Shown here piece by piece: positions 37,326 to 47,094 of a stretch of 64,000 bases of DNA. A program made the translations under genes and the position numbers. The notes under the pieces were generated by a model, which saw only the letters and a program-made list of their open reading frames with translations, did no database searches and was not told where the DNA came from. This DNA is from an uncultured Pseudomonadota bacterium (GTDB taxonomy: Bacteria > Pseudomonadota > Alphaproteobacteria > Rs-D84), in the NCBI GenBank assembly GCA_946613885.1, contig CAMOGA010000003.1:11764-75763 (forward strand). Reading direction: 5' to 3'. Position 1 is the first letter of the stretch; every line of letters starts with the position of its first letter.

Positions 37326-38147
37326 ATGATTTGGACAATCTTAATCCTGTTGATTGCAATCGCGTTATATGTGTTTGGCGGCATGCTGTTCAGACAAGAT
37401 AACAAGAAACCATCAATATTAGATATTGTATTGCACAAATGCGTATCTGTAATCGCAATTATGTTGATTGCTGGTTGTGTATGCCGTTTGTGGACACCAA
37501 TGTATTTGGTAAATACAAATCCTGCAATTTTGCAAGAAATGGTTCAAAATATGCAGGCACAACAAGAAGCCAACAAGAATAAAATCGTTCGTCAATATGT
37601 TGCAAAACATGCAGATGAAATGATTGGTCATGCACCAATTGCTGGTAATGTAGATGCCAAGAACACAATCTTCTTATGGTCTGATTATTCTTGCCCATAT
37701 TGCCGTCGTGTTCATGGTGAATTATCACGTGTTTTGTCAGAACGTGATGACGTTCGTATCGTGTTGAAGAACTTTTCTATCCATGGGGCTTTGTCTGATG
37801 CACCAGCCAAGGCAGTTATTGCTGCAAAAATCCAAGACAATGCAAAGGCAGCAGCGTTGGATAAATTGTTGATGGATCGTGAATATTACACCCAGGATGA
37901 TTTGAAAGATCAAGAAAAATTGCCTGCAAAAATCCAAGCAAACGTCATGAAATTGGCGCAAGAAGTTGGTTTGGATACAAAGCAATTGGAAACAGATATG
38001 GAAGGCGACACAGTCAAAGCCGAATTGCAAAATGTTCGTGAATTGGCACAACGTTTTGAAATCAGCGGAACACCTTATTTGATTATCAATGATAAAGCGT
38101 TCCCAGGTGCGATTCCATATGCTCAAATTGTTGATGCATTGAAATAA
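37326..38147 (+). CDS. membrane-anchored DsbA-family thiol:disulfide oxidoreductase
   Basis: N-terminal TM helices. Thioredoxin-fold active site SCPYCRR. Confidence 0.85.
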   Translation: MIWTILILLIAIALYVFGGMLFRQDNKKPSILDIVLHKCVSVIAIMLIAGCVCRLWTPMYLVNTNPAILQEMVQNMQAQQEANKNKIVRQYVAKHADEMIGHAPIAGNVDAKNTIFLWSDYSCPYCRRVHGELSRVLSERDDVRIVLKNFSIHGALSDAPAKAVIAAKIQDNAKAAALDKLLMDREYYTQDDLKDQEKLPAKIQANVMKLAQEVGLDTKQLETDMEGDTVKAELQNVRELAQRFEISGTPYLIINDKAFPGAIPYAQIVDALK

Positions 38148-38164
38148 TCAAATCAATATAAAAA

Positions 38165-38190
38165 ACACCCGCAATTGCGGGTGTTTTTTG
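38165..38190 (+). terminator. rho-independent terminator
   Basis: ACACCCGCAATTGCGGGTGTTTTTTG. Confidence 0.8.
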
Positions 38191-38210
38191 TTTTTAATGA
38201 TGATATATTC

Positions 38211-38238
38211 TTTACTTTCATGAAAAATCGGTTATAAT
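38211..38238 (+). promoter_or_regulatory. candidate promoter of the structured RNA
   Basis: TTTACT (38211-38216), 16-nt spacer, TATAAT (38233-38238). Confidence 0.45.
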
Positions 38239-38245
38239 CACGATA

Positions 38246-38445
38246 GAATCCAAAGAATTGGGTTCGGGGTTGTAGAAAGCCCAGCAAAGTCGGTGCGAAG
38301 GCATCGTTAAAAAATGTTTCGGTGTTTTTGCACCGTAATTACCCCTGACATATGGTTGGGGAGCCGTTCACCGTAAGGCACGGAATCACACTTTGCTGAT
38401 TTTCTAACTCCCCGACCGCTAATTTTTAGCGGTTAATTTTTATTT
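38246..38445 (+). ncRNA. structured small RNA, 6S RNA-like rod (candidate ssrS)
   Basis: The 5' segment GGTTCGGGGTTGTAGAAAGCCCAGCAAAGT pairs with the 3' segment ACACTTTGCTGATTTTCTAACTCCCCGACC as a long interrupted closing helix. Internal hairpins (CGGTGC...GCACCG, CCCC...GGGG). Own terminator CCGCTAATTTTTAGCGG plus T-run. No ORF. Confidence 0.45.
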
Positions 38446-38461
38446 ACTACAGGGACCGAAC

Positions 38462-38656
38462 ATGTCACAACGCACAGTATCAGCAGATAATCAAATTACA
38501 CAATTAACTGAGGCAATCGACAAATTGTCTTTCATAATCGAAAACGCCCAAAAACACATAGATTACACGGAAATTCTTATTAGTATTTTAATGGTATTAC
38601 ATGAAATAAGGAATAAATTACCAGAAAAATCATCAAATAACAGAATAGTATTTTGA
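38462..38656 (+). CDS. small hypothetical protein (64 aa)
   Basis: ORF with a GGGA-containing RBS-like sequence upstream. No homology recognised. Confidence 0.4.
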   Translation: MSQRTVSADNQITQLTEAIDKLSFIIENAQKHIDYTEILISILMVLHEIRNKLPEKSSNNRIVF

Positions 38657-38667
38657 TTAATGGTTTT

Positions 38668-41436
38668 TTATTTATCCCAAATTGGGGAAATTATGGATTC
38701 TGCGATTAATGGGATGGATAATTTTGTGACATTTTCCATTTCGAATTTTATACGGTCTGAAAAATCGTTTGCGACATTTTCATCACATTCAAAAATGATT
38801 TCATCATGAACCTGTAAAATCATTTTTATTTTATCTGAATTTGGTACGACAATTTTATTATAAATGTTTACCATGGCACGACGGACTATATCTGCCTCAA
38901 ATCCCTGAATAGGCGCATTTATTGCCGCACGAATTGCATATCCACGCATACGCGAATTTGTTGATTCTGGGATTTCAATACGCCGACCCCATGGGGTATA
39001 AACACAATGATTGTCCAAAACAAATTGTGTTATATAATCGATATAATTTTTGATTTCAGGCAACCCAGCCATATAAGAATCAATAATTTGTTTTGCGTGT
39101 TCACGCGAAACGTTTAATTGGTTCGCCAATCCAAATGCAGATATACCATATATTATTGAAAAGTTAATAGTTTTTGCCGCACGACGCAAATCTTTGGGAA
39201 CAATGGTATTATCAGGAATATTAAATACATGGCGTGCAGTTTGTTCATGAATATCTAAACCTGCATTAAATGTGTCTTTAAACATTTGAACATTGGCAAT
39301 ATCTGCTAATAATCTTAATTGAACCTGGGAATAATCAACAGCAATCAGTGTTTTTCCGGGTTCAGCAACAAAACATTTCCGAATTTCTTCACCCAGTTCG
39401 GTTTTGATAGGAATATTTTGCAGATTTGGATTGCGGCTGGACAGGCGACCAGTGTTCGTACTGGTCTGTAAAAACGTTGTGTGTATGCGTCCATCGTTCG
39501 CAATTTGATGGGGCAGGGCATCTGCATACGTTCCCGCCAATTTCGCCACAGAACGCCAACTTAATATCTTTTCAACAATCGGATGATTATCAACCAAATC
39601 GTTCAGTATATTCGCATCTGTAGAACCACGTTTGCGGTTTGGCAATTGTAATTCATCGTATAAAACAACAGATAATTGTTTTGGGCTGGCAACGTTAAAT
39701 TCATGTCCCGCCAAATCATAAATTTCAGATTCTAAATTTTCCAATTGTTTATGGAATACCCCAGACAACTGATTTAAACGTTCGCGATTAACGCAAACAC
39801 CATATTTTTCCATCAGACACAAAACCAGACACAAAGGCAAATCGCACGTTTCGTATAATTCACGTAATTTTTGGTTTGCATCCAATTGTGGGCGCATTAA
39901 ATTATATAACGCCATTGTGACAACAGAATCTTCGCCCGAATATTTTGACGCAATTTCAAACGACAATGTTTCAAAATGTCTATCGGAATCTTTGGTTTTA
40001 GCATCAAATAAATCAGAAAATTTTATGTTTTGGTGGTTTAAATATTTTTCAGCCAATTCATCCAATCCATGTCCATGCAACGTACCATGCAACGCATAAG
40101 ACAGCAACATAGTATCATCAACAGGTGTTATTTTTGTTATATCCCAACCCATGTTATCTAAGATATGTAAATCATACTTTAAATTATGGGCAATTTTTAC
40201 TATGTCAGGATTTGTAAATATTGGCCACAGTTTTTTATACACTGTATCAATTGATAATTGATTTTCCGCCACAGAATCAACACCAAATAAATCTGAGGAT
40301 TTGGTAATGTGTCGAATTGGAATATACGCACCATGAACATCGTCATACGCCAACGATAAACCAACGATTTTATCAGTGATTTGATTTAGTCCGGTTGTTT
40401 CGGTATCAAAAGCAATCTTGTCTTTCACGTGCGATAAAAAATCATCCAATTGCTGTTCAGTGGTTATCGTTTGAATATCCATTTCGCCCAGCGATGATGT
40501 TTGTTTGTTTGTTTCGGGAATATCAACCACTGGACATACAGATTGTGCATATTCTGCAATTTGCACAGTGCAATTTTGTGTGCCTGGAAATAATTTTTCA
40601 ATCTTTGCAACTAATGTTTTGCTTTCTACTTTGTCACGAATAAATCTTAATGCTGCTTCTTTATTAAAACAAAATGGGGTTATTTGCAATCCGTCCAGAT
40701 TAACATCACGTTTTAACGTGACCAATTGACGGGAAATATAAGCACTGTCACGATATTCAATTAATAAATTACGAATCCGTTCATTTTTAACCAGATTGAC
40801 ATTTGCATACAAATTATCCAAAGAATTAAATTCATTGATTAATTCCGCCGCCCGCTTTGGACCAATGCCAGGAACACCCGGAACATTATCGGTAGAATCA
40901 CCCATTAATGATTGAACATCAATGACCTGAGATGGTTTTACATTAAATTTTTCCAGAACCTGGGGTTCGCGTATTTCGCGTTCCTTCATGCCGTCATACA
41001 AAAACACGCAATCAGACACCAATTGCATTAAATCTTTATCGCTGGTAATGATGCGAGTGCTGTCCATATTTGTACAAAATTGGGTTGCCAGTGTTGCAAT
41101 TACATCATCTGCCTCAACCCCCTTGATACATAACATAGGCACACCCATTTCATGCATGCCGATACGGATTAATTCACTTTGTGTTATTAAATCGGCCGGT
41201 GTTTCAGAACGATTTGCCTTGTATTGTGGATAAATATCCTGACGAAAACTGATACGTGACGCATCAAATACACAAATAAACGAATCGTTTGGTTTTGTAT
41301 TTGCCAATAACGGCAATACCATATTAAAAAAACCATACACTGCACCAACGGGCATACCGTCAGAACGTGTTAAATTACTGTGCACGCCATAGTATGCCCG
41401 AAAAACCAAAGAATTTCCGTCAATTAAAGTTAACAT
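38668..41436 (-). CDS. polA: DNA polymerase I
   Basis: 922 aa. 5'-3' exonuclease N-terminus, 3'-5' exo region, polymerase motifs DYSQVQLRLLA and QVHDEIIFE. Confidence 0.97.
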   Translation of the reverse strand: MLTLIDGNSLVFRAYYGVHSNLTRSDGMPVGAVYGFFNMVLPLLANTKPNDSFICVFDASRISFRQDIYPQYKANRSETPADLITQSELIRIGMHEMGVPMLCIKGVEADDVIATLATQFCTNMDSTRIITSDKDLMQLVSDCVFLYDGMKEREIREPQVLEKFNVKPSQVIDVQSLMGDSTDNVPGVPGIGPKRAAELINEFNSLDNLYANVNLVKNERIRNLLIEYRDSAYISRQLVTLKRDVNLDGLQITPFCFNKEAALRFIRDKVESKTLVAKIEKLFPGTQNCTVQIAEYAQSVCPVVDIPETNKQTSSLGEMDIQTITTEQQLDDFLSHVKDKIAFDTETTGLNQITDKIVGLSLAYDDVHGAYIPIRHITKSSDLFGVDSVAENQLSIDTVYKKLWPIFTNPDIVKIAHNLKYDLHILDNMGWDITKITPVDDTMLLSYALHGTLHGHGLDELAEKYLNHQNIKFSDLFDAKTKDSDRHFETLSFEIASKYSGEDSVVTMALYNLMRPQLDANQKLRELYETCDLPLCLVLCLMEKYGVCVNRERLNQLSGVFHKQLENLESEIYDLAGHEFNVASPKQLSVVLYDELQLPNRKRGSTDANILNDLVDNHPIVEKILSWRSVAKLAGTYADALPHQIANDGRIHTTFLQTSTNTGRLSSRNPNLQNIPIKTELGEEIRKCFVAEPGKTLIAVDYSQVQLRLLADIANVQMFKDTFNAGLDIHEQTARHVFNIPDNTIVPKDLRRAAKTINFSIIYGISAFGLANQLNVSREHAKQIIDSYMAGLPEIKNYIDYITQFVLDNHCVYTPWGRRIEIPESTNSRMRGYAIRAAINAPIQGFEADIVRRAMVNIYNKIVVPNSDKIKMILQVHDEIIFECDENVANDFSDRIKFEMENVTKLSIPLIAESIISPIWDK

Positions 41437-41444
41437 TTATATCC

Positions 41445-42005
41445 TTAGAACATAAAACGCGCCTTAACACGTACCTGATATTGCAACATATCTGGTGTGG
41501 TATCTGCGACCTTGTAAACATCAGGTGCATATAATGCGCGACCTTCGATATCAAATTTCAAAGGAACCGCCAAAATTGCCAATGTCGCACCCAACATTGC
41601 CTGATACGCGGCATTTGTTTTTACATGATATTCTGTTTCAACGCCTGCGTTTTCAACCGTATAATCGCCACCAAACACGACACCCATACCGGCACCAATA
41701 TATGGCATAATAATTGTTGAAGGCATTTTTGCATAAACGTTTAACATACCTGCATTAGTATTCAAATTTGTGGATGTGAAATAATCATATTCACCTTCGA
41801 TTCTAAAAAATGGGATATCCATACCGGCAATTGCACCAAAGACAGCCGATGAATCAGTAGTATTTTTGTGGTCTGCAAACATCGTTTGTCCGCCAGCCCC
41901 AGCCATACCACCAACATAAAAATCAGCAATCACACCAGCGTTTGCAGATGATACACATGCGATGGTTGATAAAACAGAAATGATAGATATTGAATTTATT
42001 TTCAT
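41445..42005 (-). CDS. small outer-membrane beta-barrel protein (Omp25/OmpW-like size class)
   Basis: Start at MKINSISIISVLSTIACVSSANA (AAGGAGA RBS). Alternating beta-strand pattern. C-terminal ...RFMF. Confidence 0.75.
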   Translation of the reverse strand: MKINSISIISVLSTIACVSSANAGVIADFYVGGMAGAGGQTMFADHKNTTDSSAVFGAIAGMDIPFFRIEGEYDYFTSTNLNTNAGMLNVYAKMPSTIIMPYIGAGMGVVFGGDYTVENAGVETEYHVKTNAAYQAMLGATLAILAVPLKFDIEGRALYAPDVYKVADTTPDMLQYQVRVKARFMF

Positions 42006-42051
42006 TTTTTTCTCCTTGTATGATATTATAGTATAAACAAAAGGTGACAAC

Positions 42052-42570
42052 ATGCAAGAAAATAAACCAATTTTAATTATCGGTTTGGGTAATCCTGGAA
42101 ACGAATACGCGAAAACACGTCATAATGTCGGTTTTATGGCGATAGATTTTTTTGCACCAAATGATGCAACATGGAAAAAAGAAAAAAATGCATTAACAAC
42201 TCGCGTTGAAATTGATGGAAAAAATATCATATTGGTAAAACCCCAAACGTATATGAATAACAGTGGCGATGCAGTGGGGCCTTTGATGGCGTTCTATAAA
42301 ATCCCATTAGAAAATATTATTGTAATTCATGATGATATGGATTTGAAATTGGGAACCATGCGTGAAAAGGTTGGTGGTTCCAGCGCAGGTCACAACGGCA
42401 TAAAATCCATAGATAATGCAATTGGTAATGAATATAAACGTATCAGAATCGGTATCGGTCATCCTAAGGATTTTGACAGCCCATTAAATCCAGTCGATTG
42501 GGTGTTGGGTAAATTCAACGATGAACAGTTAAAACAAATTGAATCAGTTATTGAATCAATAAAGTTTTAA
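42052..42570 (+). CDS. pth: peptidyl-tRNA hydrolase
   Basis: LIIGLGNPGNEYAKTRHNVGF and HNGIKSI motifs. Confidence 0.95.
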   Translation: MQENKPILIIGLGNPGNEYAKTRHNVGFMAIDFFAPNDATWKKEKNALTTRVEIDGKNIILVKPQTYMNNSGDAVGPLMAFYKIPLENIIVIHDDMDLKLGTMREKVGGSSAGHNGIKSIDNAIGNEYKRIRIGIGHPKDFDSPLNPVDWVLGKFNDEQLKQIESVIESIKF

Positions 42571-42575
42571 TTATA

Positions 42576-45353
42576 TTACCATTTAATCATAAATTCATTA
42601 TCTGTCGGGACAGGGGTCGATATATCATTGCACGAACCAAATGCCCAGCCATTATTGTATCCATATTTACACGACAAATTATTTGCATCTGGTTGTGTTG
42701 CACATGTACCATTTTTACGATATCCCATTTCTGGCGCACCAGATTGACCCTGAAAATCGAAATAATTACCATACTGATCAATTAATATCCAATACCCATC
42801 TGTACATTCGTATTGAGATGTATTCACATTGAATGATATCGAATCGTTTGTTGTTATACAATATACATATATTTGACGGTTTGAGTTCTGGGGACAATAA
42901 TAATAACCACTATCATTACTATTACACGTTGTTGTCACCAAACGCCACGCATGATAATTGTTATCTGGAACGCAAATACCATTGTGCTTATAACCATTGG
43001 TGCAACAATTATTATACACATCACGCACACCACTGGCACAGTAATTGGTCAAAGAATTCAAAATAACATTTAATATTTCTTGTTTGGTTTCTGCATTTCC
43101 ACAATCATCTGTTTGTGTTTGTGAATACAATTGACACATACCATTTATCATTTTATATCCCACAGGGCAACCATATGTGCTGCAACTGGTATTATTTGTA
43201 TTTGTTGCGAACCATGATAACAATGTTGAATCAGTGCTAGGAATCAAAACATTTGGTTGTGTTTCTGTGGTTAATGCCACGTTTGTGGCGGTTTCTTTAT
43301 CACAATTACCCCAAATTTGTTCGGTAATCAAACATGCTATATCATTACCAGAACAAAAAGACGGGACATCGGAATATGTTATTCCAGGATACAGAGAATT
43401 ATAATAATTTTGCCTGTTTGTCACAATTGGCAAATTAGACATGTTGTTTAAATTATCTGCGCCGGCAACGCAATTTTTAACCTCGTTCCAGCATGCATCG
43501 CGTTTCAAGACAGCCATACGATTATCAGATGTTATATTTGCACACAACGCAAAATTACCAGATGTTCCATTACATTTTTGAATTATACAATCACGACCAA
43601 CCTGGCTGCATGTATCAAATATTGCATCATACGTCACATTTGTGGCAATACCTGTTATACCAATTCCCCAATTATTGTTTGCATCCGATGCCTGCATCAA
43701 AGCAACGCAAGAATTTTCAACATCGCGACACATTTCGTTTGCAGTTTTATCTGCAACCAGATTAAATACAGATAACGCGCGTGTATCAAACCCAGATAAA
43801 TCATCCAGTGAGCTGGTTTTGCATTCTGCAACCAATGTTGTACAACTGCGTTTGATTTCTTCCAGTTTTGCATTTTGTGCCAATTTTATCTGTGCCAACG
43901 CATCATCCAGAAATTCAGTCCAAATTGTATCTGCGATATCCCGACATTGTTCTATGGCAGGTTCTAAAAATTTTCGTTTAGATTTAAGAAAATTAACAAA
44001 TGGTTCGTTTTGGGTTATCTTTGACCACTTTTCATCGCCAGTTGGCTCTGTAATCAAATTTGATAAATTATATAAATTTTCAGATAAAAATGCCGAACCA
44101 TTTGATGGGTCGATATATTCACCGGTCGTATCCAGACATTTATATAAATTTGCCCCACACACAGAAGTATCAGACAATTGTTCTAATATTTTCTTTTTGC
44201 AAGTTAATGTATCATCGGAATTTCTTTGTTGATGTATATTTAATCGTGACATATCCAATAACGCACCACTTTCATGGATTTTGTTCATTGCATTGTTATA
44301 TTGTGTGTCATAAGATTTTGCGACAGTATTACAATCTTGCTGTATTGTTAATTTATAACCATCCTGGACAATAACAAATTCTTCATCAGAACAAACCTCG
44401 CGTGCCATTTCCAGACATACTGGATTTGCGGCATTATATAAATCTAGACCGCTTTTAGAAGTCGTCGACACCCCAGACAAAGAATCAATATTGTCCCATG
44501 CAGAATCCACATCCAAAGACAACGATATTGCAGACAAATCATTATTTATCTTTGAATCCCCAGAATTATTTAATGTTTTGGTGATTTTCTGTAATAACTT
44601 TTCAGATTCAGAAGTATCTTTCTTATCAAACGCCAATTCACCGGCCGTTGCAACATTGACTGCTGCTGCGGCATCTTTATCCAAACCAACCAACAATAAA
44701 CGTTGATTAAAATCTAACATTTTGTCTTCTGCCGCGCTTAATTGTTTTTTGATATTATCAAATTCATGAATCCGTGCAGAACATGCGCATCGCCGTAAAT
44801 TAGAATCTTTGTTTGCACAAAATTCATCCATACATTCATAATACACTGTCTTGCATTTTGAATAATCTGCAGATTTTATTGATTCTATTTTTTCTGTGTT
44901 TAATTGTGTGGCACGGGATTTATTCTTGCGAATTTGATTTGTTGCAGAACGTGTCGCAGACGGCGTATTTGCCTTACGCGAATTAACAACACGATTTGTC
45001 ACCGGTGTTCGGGATAACGAAGCATTATTTCGCATCACCACATTTTTTATTGTTGGCGACAGCGTTGTCGTTGTTGTTCGTGATTTAACATTTTGATTTG
45101 TTTGTGTTCGATTAACGACCCGTTGTTGTTTAGGCGCAACCGCAGTGCGTGAATTTTTCGTCTGGGTATTTTCACCACGTTTTACATCAGATGCCACAGA
45201 ACGTACGTTTGCAGAATTTGAATTTGTTGAAATCGTTGTCGCGGATGTTTGACGTTTATTTGCCGCACGTGCCGTTTCTGCATTATCAGCAAATGTCGTC
45301 TGCGATACAGACAAACCAAGGCATACAGTCAAAAACAGTATTATCCTTTTCAT
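42576..45353 (-). CDS. large secreted protein with an R/T/N/S-rich region plus an extensive Cys-rich domain (Cys-rich family 1)
   Basis: Signal peptide, ~150-aa basic T/N/S/R low-complexity region, conserved DYSKCKTVYYECMDEFCANKDSNLRRCACSARI block shared with ORF 4911, then ~700 aa with many Cys. Confidence 0.85.
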   Translation of the reverse strand: MKRIILFLTVCLGLSVSQTTFADNAETARAANKRQTSATTISTNSNSANVRSVASDVKRGENTQTKNSRTAVAPKQQRVVNRTQTNQNVKSRTTTTTLSPTIKNVVMRNNASLSRTPVTNRVVNSRKANTPSATRSATNQIRKNKSRATQLNTEKIESIKSADYSKCKTVYYECMDEFCANKDSNLRRCACSARIHEFDNIKKQLSAAEDKMLDFNQRLLLVGLDKDAAAAVNVATAGELAFDKKDTSESEKLLQKITKTLNNSGDSKINNDLSAISLSLDVDSAWDNIDSLSGVSTTSKSGLDLYNAANPVCLEMAREVCSDEEFVIVQDGYKLTIQQDCNTVAKSYDTQYNNAMNKIHESGALLDMSRLNIHQQRNSDDTLTCKKKILEQLSDTSVCGANLYKCLDTTGEYIDPSNGSAFLSENLYNLSNLITEPTGDEKWSKITQNEPFVNFLKSKRKFLEPAIEQCRDIADTIWTEFLDDALAQIKLAQNAKLEEIKRSCTTLVAECKTSSLDDLSGFDTRALSVFNLVADKTANEMCRDVENSCVALMQASDANNNWGIGITGIATNVTYDAIFDTCSQVGRDCIIQKCNGTSGNFALCANITSDNRMAVLKRDACWNEVKNCVAGADNLNNMSNLPIVTNRQNYYNSLYPGITYSDVPSFCSGNDIACLITEQIWGNCDKETATNVALTTETQPNVLIPSTDSTLLSWFATNTNNTSCSTYGCPVGYKMINGMCQLYSQTQTDDCGNAETKQEILNVILNSLTNYCASGVRDVYNNCCTNGYKHNGICVPDNNYHAWRLVTTTCNSNDSGYYYCPQNSNRQIYVYCITTNDSISFNVNTSQYECTDGYWILIDQYGNYFDFQGQSGAPEMGYRKNGTCATQPDANNLSCKYGYNNGWAFGSCNDISTPVPTDNEFMIKW

Positions 45354-45441
45354 TCCTTAATCCAATGTTAGCAAATTTATATTTTTTTGGGCAAGTGGAA
45401 AATAAAGTTTTGTTTATAAACAAGATATTTATGTATTTTTT

Positions 45442-45526
45442 TGGTGCGGCCGGGGGGAATCGAACCCCCAAGGTTTTATCCACAGCATCCTTAGTGCTGC
45501 GCGTCTACCAATTTCGCCACGGCCGC
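45442..45526 (-). tRNA. tRNA-Leu with anticodon AAG (class II, long variable arm), CCA encoded
   Basis: Hand fold aligned to the E. coli tRNA-Leu layout: GCGGCCG acceptor, anticodon stem CAGCA/TGCTG, loop CTAAGGA (A34 A35 G36), T-arm GGGGG-TTCGATT-CCCCC. Confidence 0.85.
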
Positions 45527-45610
45527 GTTCAGACCAAAAACATATTATAAAACAGTTTTTTTTTCAACAAATTTATGTTATAATAACTCAGATTAAGGAA
45601 AGGATAAATC

Positions 45611-47083
45611 ATGAAAAATTTTAGTCGTATTCTGTCGTGTGTCAGTGTTTTCGCCATGATTCCGGTGTTTGCTAATGCTGCGGGAACTTATTATAATGGC
45701 AATATGTATCAAAATCCGCAGATGCGTTATGGTGCAAATGGTGGCGGTTTTTACAACAGTTACGGCGCAAATAATTATAATGCGAATCGTGGATATGCCC
45801 AGAGTATGCAAACAATGGGTATTCGTAAAAATACGACAACAATAACTAAAAAGAAAACACAAAAAACACAAACAAATGCCACAAAACAGGGATTTGCTTT
45901 GGATGTTGGTGTGTCACACGAATTTGCCAATTGGGACGTTGAAATGAAAAATGCAGGTTCCAGATTGAAATATGACGGTCTGCGTTGGAATACGGTTGAT
46001 GGTCATGCGGCATATTATTTTGGTGGCTCAACACCGATGCAGGTTGTTGTTGGTGCAAAATATGGTGTGCAATTTGATGAAATTTCCATGGTTGATGACG
46101 ATATAACAACCGAAAAAATGTGGGAAACATTAACGTTAAGTGTTGATGGAAATACAGAATATGCCATCACAGGCAGCCCGGCATTGTCGGTTGGAACAGG
46201 CAGTGGTGGAACACAGTTTGGTTTTAATGCTGCATTTGGTTTAACTGATTTGTTCAAAATTGGTAATATGAAAATAACACCATCAATTGGGTATCGTTAT
46301 CTTAAATATGAATTAGAAACGAAAAATAACTATGGTTTGGTTGTTGATGTATTAAATTCTGATTCTTTTGTTAATTGTATAGAGGTTTCAGGTGGCGAAA
46401 TTCAATGCAGTCCGTATGTCGGATTTGTCGACAATACTGGTAAAGTATTCAGTTATGCCGGCATCACATCTGTGACGGATGCAGATGGTAATGTAAAAAA
46501 CGTTATTTTGAATAACACCTCTGCATCACAATTGGATTTGGGAAATACGTATTATTATGAACAAGATGGTGTATCGCACAGTTATGAAACAACCTGGGCG
46601 GGTCCATATATCGCATTGGATATGGTATACGATATTAATGAAACAAATCTGGTAAATATGGGTGTTGAATTTGGTTTGCCAATGTATGATTCTAAGGGCG
46701 ATCAACCATATCGTATTGATTGGGCGCATCCAACCAGTGTTGAAGACAAGGGTGATTTTGGTGATGCGTATCACATTGGTTTAAATGGTAATTGGTTAAC
46801 ACGTGTTTCTGATAATATGTCTTTGTCGTTTGGGTTTACGTATGATTATTATCATGTCAGCGGTGCAACGGCAAATACGTATTTGAATACTGCATATTAC
46901 CAAGATTTATTGGATCAATATTTGGCATATTATGACCAAGACAGATTGACCGAGGCTGGTTTGGCATATCTGGAAGAATTGCAGGATTTAAAATCTGATG
47001 GTTGGAAAATGGAATCAAAAAGCGAGATTGAATCCATTTATAAATCATTGGGAATTCGTGTCGGGTTAAATATTAAATTCTAA
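45611..47083 (+). CDS. outer-membrane beta-barrel protein (porin-like), family unknown
   Basis: Signal peptide ...VFANA, G/N/Y-rich N-terminus, alternating strands, C-terminal ...GLNIKF. Confidence 0.75.
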   Translation: MKNFSRILSCVSVFAMIPVFANAAGTYYNGNMYQNPQMRYGANGGGFYNSYGANNYNANRGYAQSMQTMGIRKNTTTITKKKTQKTQTNATKQGFALDVGVSHEFANWDVEMKNAGSRLKYDGLRWNTVDGHAAYYFGGSTPMQVVVGAKYGVQFDEISMVDDDITTEKMWETLTLSVDGNTEYAITGSPALSVGTGSGGTQFGFNAAFGLTDLFKIGNMKITPSIGYRYLKYELETKNNYGLVVDVLNSDSFVNCIEVSGGEIQCSPYVGFVDNTGKVFSYAGITSVTDADGNVKNVILNNTSASQLDLGNTYYYEQDGVSHSYETTWAGPYIALDMVYDINETNLVNMGVEFGLPMYDSKGDQPYRIDWAHPTSVEDKGDFGDAYHIGLNGNWLTRVSDNMSLSFGFTYDYYHVSGATANTYLNTAYYQDLLDQYLAYYDQDRLTEAGLAYLEELQDLKSDGWKMESKSEIESIYKSLGIRVGLNIKF

Positions 47084-47094
47084 GGATTTTTGTC

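Noticed and set aside
45149-45550. ORFs 45149..45550 (+) and 45286..45483 (-)
   Set aside because: They overlap the 5' end of the 42576..45353 gene, its promoter region and tRNA-Leu. The sequences are low complexity and there are no translation signals.
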